Program-made: the position numbers and the translations under genes
Assembly (NCBI GenBank): GCA_964535955.1
Contig: CAZHVK010000005.1
Coordinates: 62,001-126,000, forward strand
Reading direction: 5' to 3'
Source: an uncultured Methanosarcinales archaeon
GTDB lineage: Archaea > Nanobdellota > Nanobdellia > Woesearchaeales > CAXGTL01
DNA: 64,000 nucleotides
Part shown: positions 60,293-64,000 of the stretch, in pieces
Layout of the letters: each line of letters opens with the position of its first letter
How positions within the stretch are numbered: position 1 is the stretch's first letter
The notes under the pieces: generated by a model
What the model saw: only the letters and a program-made list of their open reading frames with translations
Told to the model about the DNA's origin: nothing
Database searches by the model: none

Positions 60293-61264
60293 ATGATAGA
60301 CTTACTTATGTGGATAGGGATATTTCTTGTCAGTATGCTTGTTTTGATAAAAGCATCTGATTATTTTACTGATTCTGCTGAAAAGATAGGTTTATGGTTT
60401 GGTATGCCTGCTTTTATTGTAGGTGTTACAATTGTTTCTATTGGAACTTCATTACCAGAACTGATATCCTCTATTATCTCTGTATTAAATAATTCATCTG
60501 AAATCGTGATTGGTAATGTGCTTGGTTCTAATATTACAAATATATTCCTTGTTTTAGGAATTACTGCAATCATTGCTGGAAAATTAGAAATCTTCTATGA
60601 ATTAATACATGTTGATCTGCCAATGTTAATGGCTTCTGCATTTATTGTTGGTGTTATGCTTTGGGATGGAACTTTTACAAGAGGTGAAGCTGTAATATGT
60701 ATTGCTGGTTATATTCTTTATTTACTTTATACTCTTTCAACTTCTAAAGGTGATAAAGAGATTAAAAAAGAAACAAAGAAAATGATGAAGAAAAAACCAA
60801 AAATAGGCTTTAAAACAATTTTTGTTCTTATCATAAGTGGATTTTTTATTTTCTTAGGTGCAAAATACACTGTTGATTCTGTTATACAAATATCTGAAAT
60901 GCTAAATATTGGAAAAGAAATAATTGCCGCTAGTGCAGTTGCATTAGGTACATCATTACCTGAATTAATGGTAAGTATAACTGCTGCTAGAAAAGGTAAG
61001 CCAGAGATGGCTGTTGGTAATGTGCTTGGATCTAATATATTCAATGCATTTGCTGTAATGGGTATTCCAACATTGTTCGGAACATTGATTATCCCTCAAA
61101 ATATGTTAACATTTACACTTCCATTAATGTTAGTGTCAATGATGATGATATCTTCTTTCTTGTATTATTTTATTACTTTAGACAAAGAAATCACTAAATG
61201 GGAAGGGTGGATATTGATAATATTCTATGTATTCTTTATATGTAAATTATTTAATTTAGTGTAA
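60293..61264 (+). CDS. Calcium/sodium antiporter (CaCA, YrbG-like)
   Basis: Two alpha repeats 'GTSLPEL...GNVLGSNI'. Confidence 0.93.
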   Translation: MIDLLMWIGIFLVSMLVLIKASDYFTDSAEKIGLWFGMPAFIVGVTIVSIGTSLPELISSIISVLNNSSEIVIGNVLGSNITNIFLVLGITAIIAGKLEIFYELIHVDLPMLMASAFIVGVMLWDGTFTRGEAVICIAGYILYLLYTLSTSKGDKEIKKETKKMMKKKPKIGFKTIFVLIISGFFIFLGAKYTVDSVIQISEMLNIGKEIIAASAVALGTSLPELMVSITAARKGKPEMAVGNVLGSNIFNAFAVMGIPTLFGTLIIPQNMLTFTLPLMLVSMMMISSFLYYFITLDKEITKWEGWILIIFYVFFICKLFNLV

Positions 61265-61739
61265 GAAAAGGATAAAATGCATAATAAAGAACAAGTGTAC
61301 TTATGAAGAACCAAATATAATTTAATATTAAAAGTTTAATTATCTGTAGGTTGTTTTTTTTAATGTATTTGTTTCTTAGATTAATTGAGATGAATATTGT
61401 GTATATTAATAATAATGAAGAAATTATTAAAAATTGTGATTGATTTTGTGTGCTTAAGTAAAAAATAACTGATAATAATAAATAACTTAAAATTCCTTTT
61501 AGTTTCATTTCAAGAAAATAAAAGACTAATATTGTTAATGTGATTAATATATGTACTGTGTTTTGTTTGAAAAAAATTAAACTGAAGAATATTATTAAGT
61601 AAAAAGTAATATGTTTTGTTACTTTAAAATAAAATTTACCTGGTTTTAGTTCTTCTGGTGAAATTATTGTTAAAAGTAAACCTATGAATAAACCTAATGT
61701 GATTATTAATGATGTTAGGGTGTATATTATGAATTGCAT
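61251..61739 (-). CDS. Hypothetical membrane protein
   Basis: Several TM helices and 'SPEELKPGK.Y'; ATG immediately after the upstream stop codon (apparent translational coupling). Confidence 0.7.
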   Translation of the reverse strand: MQFIIYTLTSLIITLGLFIGLLLTIISPEELKPGKFYFKVTKHITFYLIIFFSLIFFKQNTVHILITLTILVFYFLEMKLKGILSYLLLSVIFYLSTQNQSQFLIISSLLLIYTIFISINLRNKYIKKNNLQIIKLLILNYIWFFISTLVLYYAFYPFLTLN

Positions 61740-61740
61740 T

Positions 61741-61983
61741 TTATTTCCACCCAGAATGACCAAACTGAATCAATAAATCAATATCTTTTACTTCAGGGAT
61801 ATCACAAGCACCAAAACATGAGCCTAACCAAGTGATTACTTTAGCATTTGTCTTACTTTCTATATCTTTTTGTATTTGTTCTGCTTTTGGTTTTAGACCA
61901 TCTGGTAATTGGATTAAGACTGTTTTAGTGTGTTGTTTATTGATTTCAGTGATTACTTTGTCTAATTCTAGATTATAGTTCAT
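61741..61983 (-). CDS. dph2: Stand-alone N-terminal domain of diphthamide biosynthesis enzyme Dph2
   Basis: 'VLIQLPDGLK', 'SCFGACD', 'DLLIQFGHS'; only 80 aa, with intact start and stop. Confidence 0.85.
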   Translation of the reverse strand: MNYNLELDKVITEINKQHTKTVLIQLPDGLKPKAEQIQKDIESKTNAKVITWLGSCFGACDIPEVKDIDLLIQFGHSGWK

Positions 61984-62037
61984 TATTTTAGAAGATTATT
62001 AAGGATATTTATAAAAGTAACTTAATTTAGAATAGGT

Positions 62038-62184
62038 TTATTCACCTTCATGAAGGTCAATATCATTCATAAGAACATCTAATTCAAATTCATTTAATTT
62101 TTCTTTATTTAATAATGCTTTTAGATCTTTCTTTTTAACACTTTCTTCTTTCTTTTTCTTCTTGATCTGTTCTTTAACAGCCAT
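62038..62184 (-). CDS. Microprotein, 48 aa (not in ORF track)
   Basis: Manual translation MAVKEQIKKKKKEESVKKKDLKALLNKEKLNEFELDVLMNDIDLHEGE; ATG one base after the upstream TGA. Confidence 0.6.
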   Translation of the reverse strand: MAVKEQIKKKKKEESVKKKDLKALLNKEKLNEFELDVLMNDIDLHEGE

Positions 62185-62185
62185 A

Positions 62186-62404
62186 TCACTTACGTCTATC
62201 ATTTTCTAACTCTTGAACTCTTTGTTCTAGTTCTTTAACTTTATCTAATAATATTCTTTGATTATTGATTATTATAGAAAACCATTCAAAAGCATAGTTT
62301 TTAAAACTTTCTATGTCTTTTTTAACTTGTCTAAATGATTTAACAACTTTTCTTTTGAAACCATTTTTACCAAATAAGTATTTATTGATGATTTCCATTG
62401 CCAT
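62186..62404 (-). CDS. Small coiled-coil protein (72 aa) with SFxQVKxDI motif
   Basis: AGGTG RBS; 'VVKSFRQVKKDIESFK...LLDKVKELEQRVQELE'. Confidence 0.7.
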   Translation of the reverse strand: MAMEIINKYLFGKNGFKRKVVKSFRQVKKDIESFKNYAFEWFSIIINNQRILLDKVKELEQRVQELENDRRK

Positions 62405-62486
62405 TTTTTCTGCACCTTTTGCAAAGGTCTTTTTTTACTATTCTTTTTGCACCGCAATCTTTGCATTTTCCGTTTTCTGCTATCAT
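62382..62486 (-). CDS. Zinc-ribbon microprotein, 34 aa (not in ORF track)
   Basis: Manual translation MIAENGKCKDCGAKRIVKKDLCKRCRKNGNGNHQ; two CxxC; GAGGTG RBS at 62494-62499. Confidence 0.7.
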   Translation of the reverse strand: MIAENGKCKDCGAKRIVKKDLCKRCRKNGNGNHQ

Positions 62487-62566
62487 ATTATTACACCTCA
62501 AATTCATTATATAGTGATTAAATCTTATTACTATATGATTTATAACTATTTGGGGACGATATATAC

Positions 62567-62583
62567 TATATAAAGGTTTTGGT
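62567..62583 (-). promoter_or_regulatory. BRE-TATA promoter of the microprotein operon
   Basis: ACCAAAACCTTTATATA on the - strand. Confidence 0.65.
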
Positions 62584-62667
62584 TTTAGAAAGGTTGATTT
62601 AATGGTTTAAGGGCTTGTAATGGTTGAATTTAAGTGTTTTAGAAGTTATAAAAAGGTGTTTTTCAGG

Positions 62668-62991
62668 CTATTTTCTTCTCTTTTTAGCCTTATACATAAA
62701 CCTCATATGCTTTTTACAATTAAGACATGTATAGACAACCCTTCTGCCTTTACCTTTGCCTTGAAACCTTATTCTGCTGTTTTTGCTGTTTAAGTATGTG
62801 TAACAGTGTTTGCAGAATCGTCTTTTTAAGTGTCTAGGAATAGGTGTTCTAGCTTTCATTGCTATTTTTCTTGCTAATTCAACATATCTGTTTGCTAATT
62901 TTTGTTGTTTTGTCTGTTTTGCTTGGTCAAATAGGATGATTATACGTTCTTTAGCTATCTTTTGTTTTGTTGATTTAGATTGTTTCTTCAT
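62668..62991 (-). CDS. rnp4: Ribonuclease P protein component 4 (Rpp21)
   Basis: 'IAKERIIILF..A', 'A.RYVELARKIAMK', 'KRRFCKHC', 'TCLNC...R'. Confidence 0.93.
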   Translation of the reverse strand: MKKQSKSTKQKIAKERIIILFDQAKQTKQQKLANRYVELARKIAMKARTPIPRHLKRRFCKHCYTYLNSKNSRIRFQGKGKGRRVVYTCLNCKKHMRFMYKAKKRRK

Positions 62992-63030
62992 ATAGAAAAT
63001 AAAAAGAAAAAGATGTTTAAAAAGGTTTGT

Positions 63031-63870
63031 TTAAAATGGATATTTTTTGTTTCCATCTCCAGTACCTGAATCACCAAAAGATGGTCCAACAGATTGTGGT
63101 CCTTGGCCGCATGAAGAACCTCCTTTGTCAAATAATGAAAAGTTAAAAATCATCGCACCACCAGGAAGTATATAACCATTTGCAGGCAAAGGATTATAGA
63201 TCTTTTCTTCTGGTAATCTTGGATCAAGTTCTTCTAATTCTTTTAATCTTTTCTCATAAGTTTCTTTAATTCCTTTTGTTTTTTGTTCAATGTATTCTTT
63301 TATGTCAATGTCTTTATCTCTTGTAAGTATTGCACTGTATTCTTTACAATATTTGCTGAATTCTTGTAATTGTTCTTCATAACCAAGATCAACCATTACT
63401 GCTAATTGTTTTGCTTTGTGCAAGTATTGAATGGTTTCTTGTTCTACTTCTTTTGGATCAAATTTCTTAAACTCTTTTTCATGTCTGTCTGCTAAATCTT
63501 TTAATATTTTTTTCTTCTTGTTTTTTATAATATCATCGTCTTCCCTATTTATACAAAAGATCATGTTTAATCCTAAATATTCTGTTGCATTTATAGCTGC
63601 ATTACTAACCAGTCTATAATCATTATTTCTTTTGAATACTTCTTCAAACATTTCTGCTGCATAATTAAACATATCATCAAGAAATTTTTCATATGCTCCT
63701 TGTGCTCCTGGAGTTTTTTCTTCTTTGCGAGATTCAAACCATCTAACAGCTACTTTACCTTCTATTAAAGGATCTTGACTATAATCTCCACTTCCTGAAT
63801 TAATAGCCATAAGAACACCTATATTTTCTAATTCTGCTACTGTTTGTGCTAATGTTTTGTAATTTGTCAT
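63031..63870 (-). CDS. Hypothetical protein
   Basis: GGTGA RBS before MTNYK; helical with a Gly-rich C-terminus. Confidence 0.65.
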   Translation of the reverse strand: MTNYKTLAQTVAELENIGVLMAINSGSGDYSQDPLIEGKVAVRWFESRKEEKTPGAQGAYEKFLDDMFNYAAEMFEEVFKRNNDYRLVSNAAINATEYLGLNMIFCINREDDDIIKNKKKKILKDLADRHEKEFKKFDPKEVEQETIQYLHKAKQLAVMVDLGYEEQLQEFSKYCKEYSAILTRDKDIDIKEYIEQKTKGIKETYEKRLKELEELDPRLPEEKIYNPLPANGYILPGGAMIFNFSLFDKGGSSCGQGPQSVGPSFGDSGTGDGNKKYPF

Positions 63871-63877
63871 TTTATTA

Positions 63878-64000
63878 TCACCCATCTATTCTTACATATC
63901 CTGATGGTCTACCATTAGTAGAGCCATGTGTGAACATATAATTGTGTTTTTCTGTTAAGCATTTGTCAATCCATTGTTTTGGCATGTTTTTTTGTCTTCT
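63878..64000 (-). CDS. C-terminal end of a gene running off the window
   Basis: Open frame RRQKNMPKQW...YVRIDG-stop, whose TGA overlaps the RBS of the next gene. Confidence 0.5.
   Translation of the reverse strand, partial: RRQKNMPKQWIDKCLTEKHNYMFTHGSTNGRPSGYVRIDG

Noticed and set aside
62581..62660. Weak GGTT periodicity upstream of the microprotein promoter
   Set aside because: Too short and degenerate to distinguish from chance by eye.
2969..63619. Numerous 60-150 aa ORFs nested in or antisense to long genes
   Set aside because: They overlap well-supported genes and have no RBS, promoter or protein-like motifs.

Overview
Strongly AT-rich archaeal genomic window, most consistent with a DPANN/Nanobdellota lineage such as Woesearchaeota. 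That assignment is an inference from BRE-TATA promoters, GAGGTG ribosome-binding sites, Rpp21, CarS, HerA/Mre11, a stand-alone Dph2 N-domain and PGF-pre-PGF surface proteins. The first 19 kb encode one giant surface protein, probably >6,300 aa. It runs off the left edge, is interrupted by a 100-N gap, and has beta-helix, Gly-rich, Ig-like and three FG-GAP/FN3 modules, ending in a multi-TM Lys/Arg-rich tail. A large CPBP intramembrane protease follows it. A second envelope cluster (31-41 kb) holds a Cys-rich PGF-pre-PGF protein, a small membrane-anchored protein and an S-layer-like glycoprotein. The rest is housekeeping: mre11, herA, PIN/UPF0175 pair, MEMO1, Trm11, Lon-like protease, PLD, bacterial-type MetK, radical SAM, fused PgsA-PssA, CarS, Ca/Na antiporter, Rpp21. 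I found no rRNA, tRNA, CRISPR array or transposase. The best unexplained signals are: (1) three unlinked coiled-coil proteins sharing an N-terminal (S/T)Fx(K/Q)(I/V)(K/R)x(D/E)I motif, one with a winged helix beside a helically phased GTCTCA array and one with twin amphipathic helices, a candidate DNA-membrane tethering or segregation system; (2) a promoter-driven structured non-coding RNA candidate at about 45.67-45.78 kb; (3) a CTAC-N6-GTAG element shared by two strong promoters; (4) an unannotated three-microprotein operon with a 34-aa zinc-ribbon protein. All functional assignments are by eye from motifs; no searches were run.
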